Positions 50,527 through 63,733 of a stretch of DNA of 64,000 bases are shown in pieces. The DNA is taken from NCBI GenBank assembly GCA_053919585.1, contig CM132802.1. One strand, 5' to 3'. Position 1 is the stretch's first letter. The number at the start of each line of letters is the position of its first letter. Origin of the DNA: Euprymna scolopes. Lineage: Eukaryota. The notes under the pieces are model-generated. The model worked only from the letters and a program-made list of their open reading frames with translations. It had not been told where the DNA came from and did no database searches. The translations under genes and the position numbers were made by a program.

Positions 50527-52910
50527 AATATCAACAGGAATCGAATTCACAAAAAGGAAACTTTAAGCCAAAAAGATATTGAACAACGAGCGAAAAAAAA
50601 AAACTACTGAAAAAAACAAGCTAAGACACACAAAAAAGTAAGTTATTTTATTAAATTCAGTCTGTAACGGTCATACTGAAAAAAATATAGAAATTGACAT
50701 TTCAGGAAGCATTAAAAAGAACAATTTTCTCGAAGAAAAGAGTTTTTTATGTAAAATTTATTTTTATTGCATAAGCAAAAGAACAATTTTTCTCGAAACG
50801 ATATAACGTTTTCTATGTCAGATTTATTTACTTTAACTTCAATGTATTTCCTTTTTACCATACATGAATTCTATTTTAGAACCAATGGTATTATTTCAGG
50901 CTTACAGTATATCTCCTTGTTGCATACTGTTGACTTGTGTCCTTTACGCCCGCACTTATAGCATATTTTGTTATTGAAGAAAAAATACGTCGGAAAGGAA
51001 CGCACGTATGTATATTGCTGCTATTGGTTAGGACTCAATTTTGTGTGCATAAACCCTTCCAAAAAAATTGATTACAAAAGAATATGTTTTTTTTTGTTTA
51101 AAGAGCACTATACAGTGAATTTATTTAATGGTTTGTTAAACTTTTGTTTTATTAAAAAACAAAGAAAAAATTCTTCCACATGGAAGAATTAGCCGAGTTT
51201 ACAAAAACTATACAGTCAGCTCTGGATGCACAATAAAGTCAGATGGAATTTTTACAGTTAAGAACAGTTAAAACGAAAATGAAGTATTAAAAACAATACT
51301 AATGAAACAAGAAGAAAAAAAAAGGATTGTAAGTTCACTCCGGAAGGAATTGCAACTTTACCGAGATAATTTTTTTATGAACCAAATAATGGCTTCACTT
51401 TTCCAGCATATTAGATAGATTATAGATACTAAAATATTTCTTCCCAAATGATGTCAGGCCTGGTTTGATTAAAAAAAAGTATTTTACTGTTGCAAAAACT
51501 GGGTTTCCATGAAAATACCAAGTATACCAATTTTATACTCCCAAGGAAACCCGAATATATTTTGTAAAGAGACTATAGGAATTTTATCGAACATGTTCGG
51601 GGAGCGGGATAGCGTATTTTATTCTCGTTATGGGTGTTTAAATATTTTTAAACGAGATGATGAAGACTTTATCGCCCATGCTGGTAGAGTAAACACCCAT
51701 TGCGAGTTAGTTTAAAGATCAAAAAGAAGGCATGTTTCAATGTTTGATATTAGTGCAAGTGTTAACATCCTCGACGGACAAATAGATTCGTTCTAGGATA
51801 TTATCAATTATGAACCAAGACATAGAAATAACCTTACAGAAAGTTACTTAGGAATGCCAGAAACTGTTAAATTAAAACAGGCTCGTACTAGTATCGAAGA
51901 GAAAAATGTTGATAAAATTCAAATGTAAAGTAAGGTGTTCACTATGTAAAAACCACTGTAAGATGTGTGGAGGAAAGAATCACTTTACAGAAGAGTGCAA
52001 CATCAAACACAAAATATGCTATAAGTGTGGGCGTAAAGGACGCAAGTCAACAGTATGCAACAAAGAGATATACTATAAGCCTGAAATAACACCATTGATA
52101 CTAAATAGAGGTCATATCTGGTAAAAAAGGAAATACATTGAAGCTAAATTAATGGCCGGAAAGTAAACTGTCTTTTGGATACTGGAAGTGACATATACTT
52201 TATTGATGAAACAACACAGAAGGAATGTCTGGAAATAGATTAAAATTCATGAATTAATTTTATAATAATGTGACAATGAATGAAACAAATGGTAAAAACT
52301 AAGATGTATGTGATCCTCGAAAAAAGAATTCTCATGTATTCGGTATAGATTTGATGAGTCTTTTCAATTTATGGGAGAAACCAATGAACTCATTTTGCAA
52401 AAGATATAAATTTGACAGGATCTTCAAGTCCCAAACTATCAGGAACATTGGTTGGCGATTTGAAGAAGGTCTGGGATGCTGCTCCAAAATAGAAGTGAAA
52501 TTTGAACAGAAATATGAAGCGAAACCGGTTTTTAAACCCAAAAAGAAGGTTCCGTATTCGGCATTAGAAACAATCGAGAAAGAATTTAAGAAACTCGAAG
52601 AAATCGGAGTAATAAAAAAGTGGGCTAGTCTTAATGGGTATCACCCATAGTTTATGTGAAAAATAAAAATTTAAAAAATCAGGGTATGTGGGGATTTTTC
52701 GATGGGACTGAATGATTGCTTAAAGGTTCATAACTATACACTCCTTCCCCACGAGGAAATATTTTCTAAGTTAAATAGAGGAAAAATTTCAAAAAAATTG
52801 ATTATCAGAAGCATATTTGAAAAGCAAAGTCGATGAAGAGTGTGCTAAATAGCTGGCAACGGATACTCATAAAGGATTATTATCAATTAATAGCTTAATG
52901 TGATGGTTTC
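50307..52910 (+). mobile_element. Gypsy (Mag-like) LTR retrotransposon, 5' LTR + gag-PR-RT pseudogene, 3'-truncated
   Basis: Gag starts MEELAE at 51180. Two zinc knuckles (CKMCGGKNHFTEEC, CYKCGRKGRKSTVC), protease LDTGSDI (~52175), RT FEEGLG...KPVFKPKKKVPYSALE, SPIVYV, IRVCGDF..GLND. Many stops. Confidence 0.88.
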
Positions 52911-53269
52911 ACCAGTTCTCTGGGATGCATCCTTAGTATTATATGTTTCACTGCGGTGTTAGAAATATTATTTTTAAAGTGGAACGTTTACTTTTAAACT
53001 GAAATTCATCTATAGGAATTAAAAGTAAAGAAAATTTTGTTCAAAACAACACGGAAATCCTCAATCAGTGAATTTTAAATGCTAAGACTAAGATTAAGAT
53101 TAGGGCTTTCTTAGAGGTAGTCGATATGAGCACATATCTGATTGTAAACGCCTGACAGCGTTGAGCAAATTCATTCTCGCGTTGAACGCGAAAAAATGTG
53201 CGCGAATACTGTAATGTTCAATAGTTTATGAATCGATTTCCGTTCTATAATTGATAGCTAGCAGAATCT

Positions 53270-56200
53270 ACCCCATCTGTTTAGTCAGTTTTTGTATTCC
53301 CACTGTCTATGAGTTGAATTAAGTCCATTGACCTGTTCAACAAATCCCAAAGCTCAACATAACCAATCTCCAGAAAAAAAACACGAATATACCTAGAACC
53401 CCATCCTCCAACGTAGACCCCTACTACCATGTCTCCTTCTCCAACATCAGGGGGTCTACGTTCCAACATTCCAGAGGTTGAAACACAATTATAGGAGATA
53501 GAAACCGGACATATTATTTCTAAGTGAAACTAACATAGCGTACTTTTTTATATGAGTCCATAATTAAAGGATACTCTAACTACCCATCGAAATCTGACCC
53601 TCAAGATCGCCATGGGCATGGAGTGTGTGCTTAAATTAAAGATGGCTTTCCATTTGCGAGGGATATCTCCAGAGAAGACCCTAATTTACCTTATATGTGC
53701 TTTCGGGTTACACTAGCTTACACCAACCTCTATCGCCCCAACAAAAGTATGGTTAATATATTTAAGAGTATATCTGAGAAAATTGACCACATACTGCCTG
53801 CTCATCCCTCGACTAACATTCACATTTGCGATGACTTCAATGCCCATAATGTGGAATGCCTGACCCACGCAAAGAAGACCGATATGGAGGGGAGGTTCTC
53901 TCATGATTTTGCCATTGACTATGACCTCACTCAGAGTGTTCACAAACCCACCCGTGTGCCCGATACTACCGGTCAGTATGCACACCTTCTAGACCTTTTT
54001 TCTCATAACTTCCCCTGAGCTATGTTCATGTTCCGTTCTATCTCCTCTGGGATCCTCCGGCCACTCCGTTGTATCCGTTAAATAAAAAATAAATGTAATA
54101 AGTCTTCAGACGTACCTCTCCACCGTACTGTTTATCGATACTCTATGGATGACTGGTATATCTTCCGTACATTCATATCTGATCTATCTCTGCATTCCAT
54201 GTTTAAATAGGAGGTGTCCTATATATTATCAGGCCTGACCGAATAGTTTATTGTAGGTATAGCCAAATTCAGACCATCCAAACAATTCCAACAAAAACCT
54301 AACAGCTGAATCACTTTTTCCATAGCTACCAACGTAATAGATGTAGTGAGACTAAAGCTGCTTTCATGACTGCCAGCAACAACTATAAAAGATTAATAAA
54401 ATGTAAGAGTGTTATATGCTCAGTCCGTTAAATCTAAAGTAGCGGAGCAGCGGCTTGGTCCCCACCAGTATTGGCAAATAGAAAACAGGATCCTGAACAA
54501 AAGCGTGCGTTCTATCCCAATCATGGTCAATGGACCTGAGGTAATCTCCTCAGCATCAGACAAGGCCAGACCATTTGCCAAGAATTTGCAGCTAATTCTA
54601 CCCTAAGCGACGACGACCACCAACTCCCCGTATTTCCTCCTATAACAGACAACACGCTATGTATCATACAACTATCTGTGCGTGAGGTAGCCAAGCTAAT
54701 CAAAATCCTTTATTCCAGTAAAGCAACTAGCCCTGACGGCATTCCAGTTATAGTGCTGAAAAAGCTCCACCAGAACTTTCCCCCATACTTACAAAACTGG
54801 TTAACAGTTGCCTTAAGGAGAAGTGCATTCCAGTACACTGGAACACCTCATCATTATGCAATGTATTTAAGAATCCAGGCGAAAAGTCATCTCCCTCTCA
54901 GTACAGACCAATAATTCTCCTGAGTGTCATGAGTAAATTGTTGGAATCCATATTAAATAAAGAAGTAACCAACCATTTCAGCAGAAACAGCCTGCTTAGT
55001 GACATGTAATATTGTTTCCGCTCCGCAAGATCTACAGCAGTTGGGTTTACGGTTATATCTCATAGAATTTTGGAATCTCTTAACAAAGGCTTTCTTTCCA
55101 GGGCAATTTTGCTTTACATATCGAATCCCTTCAATAAGGTATGTCATAATGGCCTACTTCACAAGATTTCCAGCTACAGTATCACTGGAAATGTTTTCTC
55201 AGTTATTAAACCATTTCTCTCCGATAGGTCCATTAGATTAATGGTTGATGTGCAGAAATCAGAGGCCCACCGTATTAATGGTGGAGTCCCTCGGTGGTCC
55301 ATCCTGGGCTCAACTCTTTTCCTCTCCCAACTCTCTTACATCAATGATCTCCCAAAACACATACTTAAATAATACTCCGTCATCTATGTTGATGACAGGA
55401 CCATCTATGGCAACACATAAAAGGCTGTAAATGGCAAAATTCTCTATGATCCTCTTTCCTTTATCTTGAGCGCATGCTACAGGGGGGGAGATGTGGCAGG
55501 TTACTTTTAAGGCATCTAAAACCAAGCTCCTATCTTGACATCACCAACGCTCTGATCCCCATCTGGCATCAATTGAAATTGATGGCTCTCATTTTGGGGA
55601 GGCTCCATGTTTTTACAAGCTTCTGGGCTTGACATTTACTCCTGATATGAAATGGAACACGTACATCAAATATGTTGCCAAGGGCGCTGGGAAAATGGTG
55701 GCATTATTCTACCGCTCCAGAAGATATCTCACTACTGATGCAATTCTCTATCTGTATAAAAGACAAGTACGTCCAAGGATGGAGTACTGCTGCCACATCT
55801 GGACAGGAGCTGCTAAAAGCAGCCTATCATGCATTTACAGAGTACAACATAGACTTCGTGGCGTAGTGGAAGAAGCCCTTTTCTCTTCCCTGCAGCCTAT
55901 CTCCAACAGAAGATACATTGCGAGCCTGTCTTTGTTTTATCAGTATTTTCATGGCAATTACTCGTCGGAGCTCAAAATCTCTGGCCCCCCCCCTCGCCAA
56001 TCTTTCACGAAAAACACCCATCTAGCTGAAAATATTGTCATTATTTTTCCCCCAATCTTTATCTGTTCTTAATCCAAACGTATATCCCATGAACAGAGGT
56101 TCTTTCTCCGAAGTGCACGGATGTGGAACTCTGTTCCTTTTGCCCGTTTCCCAACTGACTACCACTTGGATGTCTTCAAGTCAAACATAAACAAATTCCT

Positions 56201-56355
56201 GACAAACGCCGCTCTGAAGTAAAAAAGAAAACTATCAAATATTCAATATTAATAATTACTACGATACTATCTCATTGATTACGGTACACACATTAACCTT
56301 TATTCCTGAGTGGATTCCGGGCCTTGGTAAGTGGTGCCTTCCATGTAAAAAAAAA
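53270..56355 (+). mobile_element. Near full-length ORF2 L2/Crack-like LINE (APE + RT), pseudogenised
   Basis: FSNIRG.RSN (~53437), LSET, YRP, ICDDFNAHN, PTRVPD, LLDLF, SGH (~SDH), KATSPDGIP, QYRPI, GVPR.SILG, YINDL, YVDD, RPRMEYCCHIW. Poly-A at 56347-56355. Confidence 0.93.
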
Positions 56356-57181
56356 GAACATATCTTTCATGTAATCATAATTTAATTATATATACTAATT
56401 GCAACAATTAGCAGATTACTTTTAGCTGTGATCTCGAGGCCTTTAAAAATCTAATTCTATTTTATTAGCGATTCTCTTTTAATGTTCACAGATAAATCTA
56501 AAATTAAATTTCTCTTCTGTGGATAAACACTTGATCTTGGTTCGGCTCTTTTTCTAGTTTCCTGAGTGTTAATTTTCAGTGTTTACTTTACACATAATTT
56601 CTTTCATGGAGAGTAAAACGTGGTTCTACTAGTTCAATTGATGGTTCCTAGTATTTTATTTATTGCTTTCAGAAGCGCTCTCCAGCCCCCTCCCCCATTT
56701 TTATTTTATGATTCCTAAGTTATGAATTTTTTTTTCGTTTTATGATTTATATTTTGCTTGATAGTTTCAGATAAATGTTGTTATAAACAGTTCAGTTCTA
56801 TGATAAAAGACGCAGAGATACATTAAAAAATACATTAAGCACGCAGTTTAAATACTGCCTTGTCAATTATAGTTTTAGTCAATAAACTAAAAGACACGTT
56901 ATTGAATAAAACCCTTAATAATATATAATAATTTGATTGCAGAAATGATCAGCTGGGCCAAATTACAGTAGGTCTGCAATAACAGATGGCATATAAAAAT
57001 TTCTCATGCCTTAACTTTTACCCCCCCTGTCTTATGTACATACATATTTATTTGTTATAATAACATTCTATCTTACTTCCTACGAGCGAAATCATCACGA
57101 TTGCTAAAAGATTTAGCCGAAATAGTTCGTATTTTCCTGAAAATCCTCCCATTGTGCAAGTAAGGATCATTTAAATATATA

Positions 57182-59304
57182 TCCATTATAACTACTTTAA
57201 TCTGACACATTTATTAGCAGGATTAAACACTCTGACATCTGCAGCAGCCACTGCACTTCACTAACCGAAAACAATTATTTCTCCCCAATAATATTCCGCC
57301 TATTCTTATTGACTGCGACTATTAAATTCTATTATTCTAGATTATACACTAAAATACAAAAAGACGAACACCACAGTCTTGTATCAATATGACTGATAAA
57401 TAGCCACAGGTTTTTCAATCAATTATATTTAATTTCGTCGCCTTTTCTTCATTTTACAAACTCATTTATATTTGATTACAACATAAACATTATTAGGATA
57501 AAGATCATTTACACATTATTACGTTAAAAAATGACGTTCGCAGCAATTTATATATTGTATCCGATTTCTGCGTCCTAATTGATCGATGCTAAAATGAGCT
57601 GATTTTTAAATCATTTATACATAACTATCGTCGCTGTTCCTTTATTATACAGACTGATATTACAAAAATTAAGCATAACATTTACTTAAAATTTAAACGT
57701 GAAATTATGCATTATTTAGATAAAAATTATGTACACATGTTTACATGAAAAAATAAAAAAAAACATTCAAGCTTTTTTATATCATACCCCGTTTCAGCGT
57801 CCTATATTGGTCGATGCTAAAATTAACTGATTTCTTTTTAAATCAGTTCTACTTTACATTACCGCGTTTCCTTTATTTTACATACTACTGTTTACAAAAA
57901 TTACCCTTAAAATTTACTTAAAAGTTACGCATGCATTTACTCATTGTTTTGATACACATTATTTACATATGCTTACGTTAAAAACATAAGTGGCGTCTTT
58001 TTTAGATCATATCTTATTTCTGCATCCTAAATTTACCGAGGCTAAAATCGTTCATATATACTTTATTATCGTTGTTTCTCCTTTATTATACAGATGATAT
58101 TTACAAAAATTACCATAACATTTACTTAAAACTTTTACATGACCTTACGCATTATTTCAATTATCATTGTTTACACATTTTTACATTGAAAACATGAATT
58201 AACAGTTTTATTTACATCATATCCTGTTGGCTGTCCTAAAATGACCGACGCTAAAATGAACAGATTTATTTTGAAATCACTCATACTGAACTATCCATTA
58301 TTTTACAGACTGATCTTTACAAGCATTAACTTTAACATTTAGTTAACAGTTACAACAGGGGGAATTTACATAATCATGTTTGAACATTTTAATAAAAGAG
58401 AGTTGTAGTAGCCTTCTACATCAAACTGACTCAAAACCTTGATTGGGGTTATTATGCAAAAAAAAAAAAATCACGAAAGCCCTTTTTTTATATAAAATAC
58501 ATTTTCACACCCTGAGCCTGTATTATGTCCAGATAAATTACCATTTTTATTTCATTTCATTCAGTGTGTATTTGATTATATTCATGCCAGTTTTTTACTT
58601 CATTTGTCTATCAAATAATTTACGCTGCTAAAGTAAAATTTCCCCTTTAACACATTACCTACAGAAAAAGGCATTTATTATATATCGGCTTTTGTATTTG
58701 TTTTTACTATAGTAGTTTTTTTTTGTTTAGTTCTATTTTCAACACTTTCTTTCCACACTGGTCATAGAAAAAACATTTATAGTTTTTTTTTTTATCCTTA
58801 CTAAAAACATCACTATTTCCTTTAAACTAACGACGTCTATATGTTTTAAACTATACTTAATAAGATAATTTATTTACACTTTGAATGTGAGAAATAGTTT
58901 TCAAAATATGATTACATGCATTATAGACTGTAATTCACGCACGAAACAGTGTACTTTATTCTACACGACACTGCCACACACACACAATTATTTTAGGGAT
59001 GTACTCTTTGAGCGTGGGTAGGCTGACAACACATACTATGGTTGAACTTAGGGCAAATACTTAGACATTCCCCACTCATAAAATAGGGTATCTATTCCAA
59101 AAGCCGTTCTTACCATAAGGAGGTTGGTCGTAGTTTTTTTTCCATACGACGTTTTCAATATGAGGAATTAGAGAGTTCTATTCAACAACCCGTTCTTACC
59201 ATTAGGACGTGAGTGATTGGCAACCAACAATAACCCTAGTTCATCTTTTTTTACGAGGAAAGGGCATGATTCAACTGGGCAACGCCAGGTATAGGTCCGG
59301 CCAG
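57182..59304 (+). mobile_element. Probable non-autonomous Helitron with internal tandem repeats
   Basis: 3' hairpin CTGG-GCAACG-CCAG (59275-59288), homologous to the hairpin before 49174, then CCAG|T at 59301-59305. Candidate A|TC start at 57182 (uncertain). Confidence 0.5.
57500..58350. repeat. ~4 diverged tandem copies of a ~210-228-bp unit
   Basis: The marker G[C]GTCCTA...CGA.GCTAAAAT recurs at ~57570, 57798, 58022 and 58233, each followed by TACA..CTGA..TTACAA and ACATTTACTTAA-like blocks. Confidence 0.85.
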
Positions 59305-59543
59305 TAAATAATATAGTATGCCTATCAATATATTGCATATCTTAGATAAAAATAAGTAATAAGTCCGTGCAATAATGGAGTACGTTACTTGGAAGTGGCA
59401 AATGCTGAATTAGCATGTATTCCTTTATTAAATACATCTTCTATGCGTTATTATATAATTTATATGTATTGTTATGTTGAATCAAAGAGTGCTCAATTCT
59501 CAAGATAAAATATATTTGGGAGCTTAGGAAGAGTATGGATACA

Positions 59544-60474
59544 TGTTGGAGACGCACCTCCATAGGATTAATGGACTATCTCATGACGTCAGTTTTTTAT
59601 TTCGTCACTAACATTGACGTTAGAAAGCTTCAATAGAATCCGCCAAAGGAGGAAAAAAACTGGAACTGGAAAGCCGGAAGTTAAAGAAATCCGCGCCTAT
59701 TAAAAAGGAAGCATTTTAACAATTTCTACATGTGTATAGGATAACAACAAACCCGAACACATTAACAGCAGTATCACTTGCAGAAACGATGTTTGCGAGG
59801 AAACTGAGATCCGTTATTGACAAGCTCTTACCCAAACGGTCAATGCCACTAGTGACCACTTATGTTCCCAGAAAACGTTTCATACCAGGTGAAAGAGTGT
59901 TTTTTTCCAAAGTTATAAAAACAACACCTTTCTGGAAGGTGGGTACAATTACTAAGAGAGTCGGTGGCATGGTATATATCATCCAATGACCAACATATAC
60001 CCACAAACGTCACCAGAACCAACTAAGATGTAGATCAGTTTAAGCCAGCAACAGTCCACCATTGGATGATGAGCCGATAGACACTGCCTTCGAAACTTTT
60101 GATCTTGAACTGCCTCAACCAACATCTTAACTACAGCGGTCGTTTCGCAAGAGAAAGTTTGCCGCACATTGATGGTAAACCCTAAAAGAAGAGGCATTGA
60201 CAGCTTCTATGAACAAAAAGTTTGAAGGGGGTGTTAGAGGCTCCTTTATGGGATTAATGGACTATCTCATGACATCACTTCCTTTGGTGACGTCACTTAC
60301 GGTATCGAGTACCGATGCATGTAATTTGTCACGCGACCAATGCGGTCGGGTACAAACACCTAACTGTTGAGGAAGGGTCCCCCTGTTTTTGCCTGTAATA
60401 TATGTGAATACATGTTCGTTCTTAAAAAGTCTTGTGTTCCTTCGATCTTATTAACCATTTCACCCAATATAACA
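59544..60474 (+). mobile_element. Internally deleted Gypsy LTR element: partial 5' LTR, integrase tail, PPT, 3' LTR (60232-60474)
   Basis: Both LTR starts share TGTT...GGATTAATGGACTATCTCATGAC. YRITTNP...SLAETMFARKLRSVIDKL is a Gypsy integrase C-terminal motif. PPT AAAAAGTTTGAAGGGGG precedes TGTTAG. The LTR ends AATATAACA. Confidence 0.85.
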
Positions 60475-60639
60475 ATATCGAATACAAAGGCAAAGAAAAG
60501 GAAGAAATACCTATGTTAAAACAGAGGAGTAAACTACGTTTTAGACAGGAAAGAATATACACTCATAGTAACTGTTTTCAGTAAATATGAAACCTAAAGT
60601 ACAAAATAAAAACAATGATCAGAAAGTTAATAATCAAAA

Positions 60640-61560
60640 TTTAATCCACATTTCCTAAGCTGTTTTTAATGCAAGGATATCTCTAGCCATGGCATTGATC
60701 AGTAGACGAATATAATCTTGAGGATTTTTTTGCGATGCTGTCAAAAAATGTTAAAAGTTAAGGCTTAATAGATTGTTCCTTTTCTTTTCTCCAAGGTTCT
60801 AGTCTAATGTGACACAAAGTTGTTCAATTGGGATACTATCCGAGGAGTCACTGTGTTATTGAAAGTTAATTAATCACATTCGCCTAAACTAATGTTGTGT
60901 TGCCCTAGCTGAGTGACAAGTATATTCGTCTTTTATACATATGGAGTTAACTTGGTTCATTTTACCACTTAAAAAGATTGGCGTAATACTGTATATATCA
61001 GAATTAATATTTCTTTCGCACTCCACCAGGTCTGAGCGGCCATCACTTAAAATCGCTCCTCATAACAGAGCAAAGAGCCCCACCATATTTTAGTGTTAGC
61101 CTTAGTCTTTTTCAGTCACACTTTGCGGAAGTATTCTCTATATCAATACACTTCCACTGTCGGGAAATAATGCAAATTATGACTCATCAACGAAAATGAC
61201 ATTGGTCCAAAATGTCATATGTCTATTCACCATTTAACGAGCCCAATTTGTATTGCGCTTGATATTAGCAGGATAAAAAAGAGGTTTGCTTTGCGAAGCT
61301 CTTTGATTGTAGCCCAGCTTGTGAAGATTTCTGACAGCTGTTCCTGAACTTACAATAGCTTGTGTTGCAATGTCAGATGCTTTGGGCCCGGAAACCTGTA
61401 CAATATTCTTTTTAGAAGACGCAGGTTTTTACAGGGCCAAGAGCGCTCTGGATGAGGTTTTATACAGTATTTGTCTTTTTGGAGAATTGTACAATCGCTC
61501 TATTAACTCTAGAAAAGTGATATTGAAAGATTTCATGCGATTTTGCGTTGACTAATTCTA
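60640..61560 (-). pseudogene. Degenerate Tc1-like transposase relic
   Basis: Minus strand FWTNVIFVDES (~W..VIFSDES), TLKYGG (~TVKHGG), DSIPIEQL (~DLNPIENL). Multiple stops. Confidence 0.7.
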
Positions 61561-63302
61561 TTTTATGTTGATTCACGATTTGTCCTCGAAAGCTGCCTTA
61601 TAAATCTGTTGTACCTTTGTGTGTGGCCTGGCCAATGTTGTTAGATACAATTTGAATAAGATACTCAGTTATTTTAGCGTTATTCACATCTGTAAATACA
61701 AATAAGCACATATTCAAACTTAATAAAATATATAGTTATAGTGTCTATACTNNNNNNNNNNNNNNNNNNNNNNNNNNNNNNNNNNNNNNNNNNNNNNNNN
61801 NNNNNNNNNNNNNNNNNNNNNNNNNNNNNNNNNNNNNNNNNNNNNNNNNNNNNNNNNNNNNNNNNNNNNNNNNNNNNNNNNNNNNNNNNNNNNNNNNNNN
61901 NNNNNNNNNNNNNNNNNNNNNNNNNNNNNNNNNTACGGGGTTCAAATCGTTCGACTGGTATTAATCGTGACACCCTGAACTGAAGCTTCCCGAAAGGATT
62001 AATCACTAGTGCCTGTCGGTATTTAATTAATNNNNNNNNNNNNNNNNNNNNNNNNNNNNNNNNNNNNNNNNNNNNNNNNNNNNNNNNNNNNNNNNNNNNN
62101 NNNNNNNNNNNNNNNNNNNNNNNNNNNNNNNNNNNNNNNNNNNNNNNNNNNNNNNNNNNNNNNNNNNNNNNNNNNNNNNNNNNNNNNAACATGTTAATTT
62201 TCATCCAAGTAGAATATTGAACTAAACTTAATGGCAACATGTTACACTCATGAACAATCATATTTTAAATTCATATTTAAATTTGAATTTAAAAATATAA
62301 TATGGAAAATGAGATACATGTTAGATAAGCATATAACGATTATACAAAATGATTTTAAAAACTTTTAACTTTAGGGAACAATATTAAATTTGAAATGTAT
62401 GTATTTACAAAGTGCACTAGTACAAAATATACAAACTTGTGAATTAAATGTGATTCAGGTAAAATCTTACAATTAACGTAGATTCATGTAACATTTTAAA
62501 AGTAATCAAAGTTATGACATGTGATTACATTTACGAATGACTTAAACGTTTTTCACTGTATTTCCTTTCTCTAAAATAATACTAATTTGCTCAGAAATGT
62601 AATGGATATGAGAAAAGGCTCTGATATCCTCTTTGAAATGTTTTGTCAATTTGCTTAAGCATTAAATACTGAGTGGTGAAGCCATCGGAGGCGCGATCCC
62701 TACAGTATGCAGATCTCACACTATAAGTGGCAGCTGTCACTACGGCACTCGTTCAATACACGGACTTATATTATTCCTAGAACTGAATCAAGACCGAACA
62801 ATATATAAACCTACTGCAGGGTACATCATCACCTTTCGGAACTGATAATAATGGTAACTGGTCTTCATTTTAGATATATGTATACATTTATTTGTTTCTG
62901 TGAAGGAATTGGAAAACGAATAAACCAATCATTATTGTTTTGGAACAAAGTTTGAGGAGGTCTTTGTGATTAACAAGATGTACTTAATTAAACACTGCAG
63001 TTGGAGCCTTGAATATGTAACTGACAAGTAGGATAAATAGAATGCCGCTAAATTTAAACAGGTAGAATGAAATATATTTATTATTTACTTATCTTGAAAT
63101 TATTTTAATTGATTATTAGAGAGCAGGTTATTGAAATACATTTACTTTTTAAATGTAATTATTGTGCACGGAATTTTACATTTATTAGGTAATAAGAATA
63201 ATCTATTAGATATACATTTATTAAATAATATTTTTTTAATTATATACGAATGTATGATTTAAATTTATAAGATTATTCGGATTATTTTTCTAATATTTAG
63301 TG

Positions 63303-63350
63303 TTATTCACCGAAAGTTTCGGCCAGTGGCCCGTACGACCTTTTTCATAT
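63303..63350 (-). mobile_element. Penelope pLTR-like end with a degenerate minimal hammerhead motif
   Basis: Minus strand ATGAAAAAGGTC...GGCCGAAACTTTCGGTGAATAA resembles the CTGAAGAAGG...CCGAAACG...AATAA ends of Penelope elements. The core is mutated. Confidence 0.35.
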
Positions 63351-63491
63351 ATATTTTGACGGAACGAGAACTTTCTCTTCCGGTTGATTAAATAAAAAAA
63401 AAACTTCGTAAAAATTAGGTGTATATTCTTGGGTTCGAAAGAATAATTTCTGTGTTCAATAAGTAACACATAAAGAAGGATCGGATCTTAC

Positions 63492-63685
63492 ATGAGCCTT
63501 AGCGTTGTGGTGATAGCTCTGAAACTGCATAAAATTTACAGCATTAAGAAACTAATTTGTCAAGATTAATTGACACAAATACAAATCATATTAAAATATA
63601 TAAGCGTTACCTGTTGGAATTCCGCAGGGGGTTCATTGATATATAATGGTAACGCTCTGATATTATTGTAGCTCTTTTGTAAAAA
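63492..63685 (-). CDS. Two candidate host exons (63685-63611, 75 bp; 63524-63492, 33 bp) joined by an 86-bp GT-AG intron; product unknown
   Basis: Acceptors TTTTGCAG| and TTTTATGCAG|, donors CAG|GTAACG and |GTAAGA. Both lengths are multiples of 3. Phase 0 reads FLQKSYNNIRALPLYINEPPAEFQQ-FQSYHHNAKAH; phase 2 is also open. Confidence 0.4.
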
Positions 63686-63705
63686 CTGCAAAAGTAATTA
63701 ATTAA

Positions 63706-63733
63706 GCTATCAATGACGCCCGGCGTAACCCGG
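63706..63733 (-). mobile_element. Degenerate Helitron 3' terminus
   Basis: GCTATCAATGACGCCCGGCGTAACCCGG resembles the reverse complement of the 49174 end (ACTAG-N8-CCCGGCGTTGCTCGG). Confidence 0.35.

Noticed and set aside
50307-60474. Single Gypsy element spanning 50.3-60.5 kb interrupted by the LINE and Helitron
   Set aside because: The LTR at 50307 shows no similarity to the LTRs at 59544 and 60232, and the latter pair already bracket the integrase tail.
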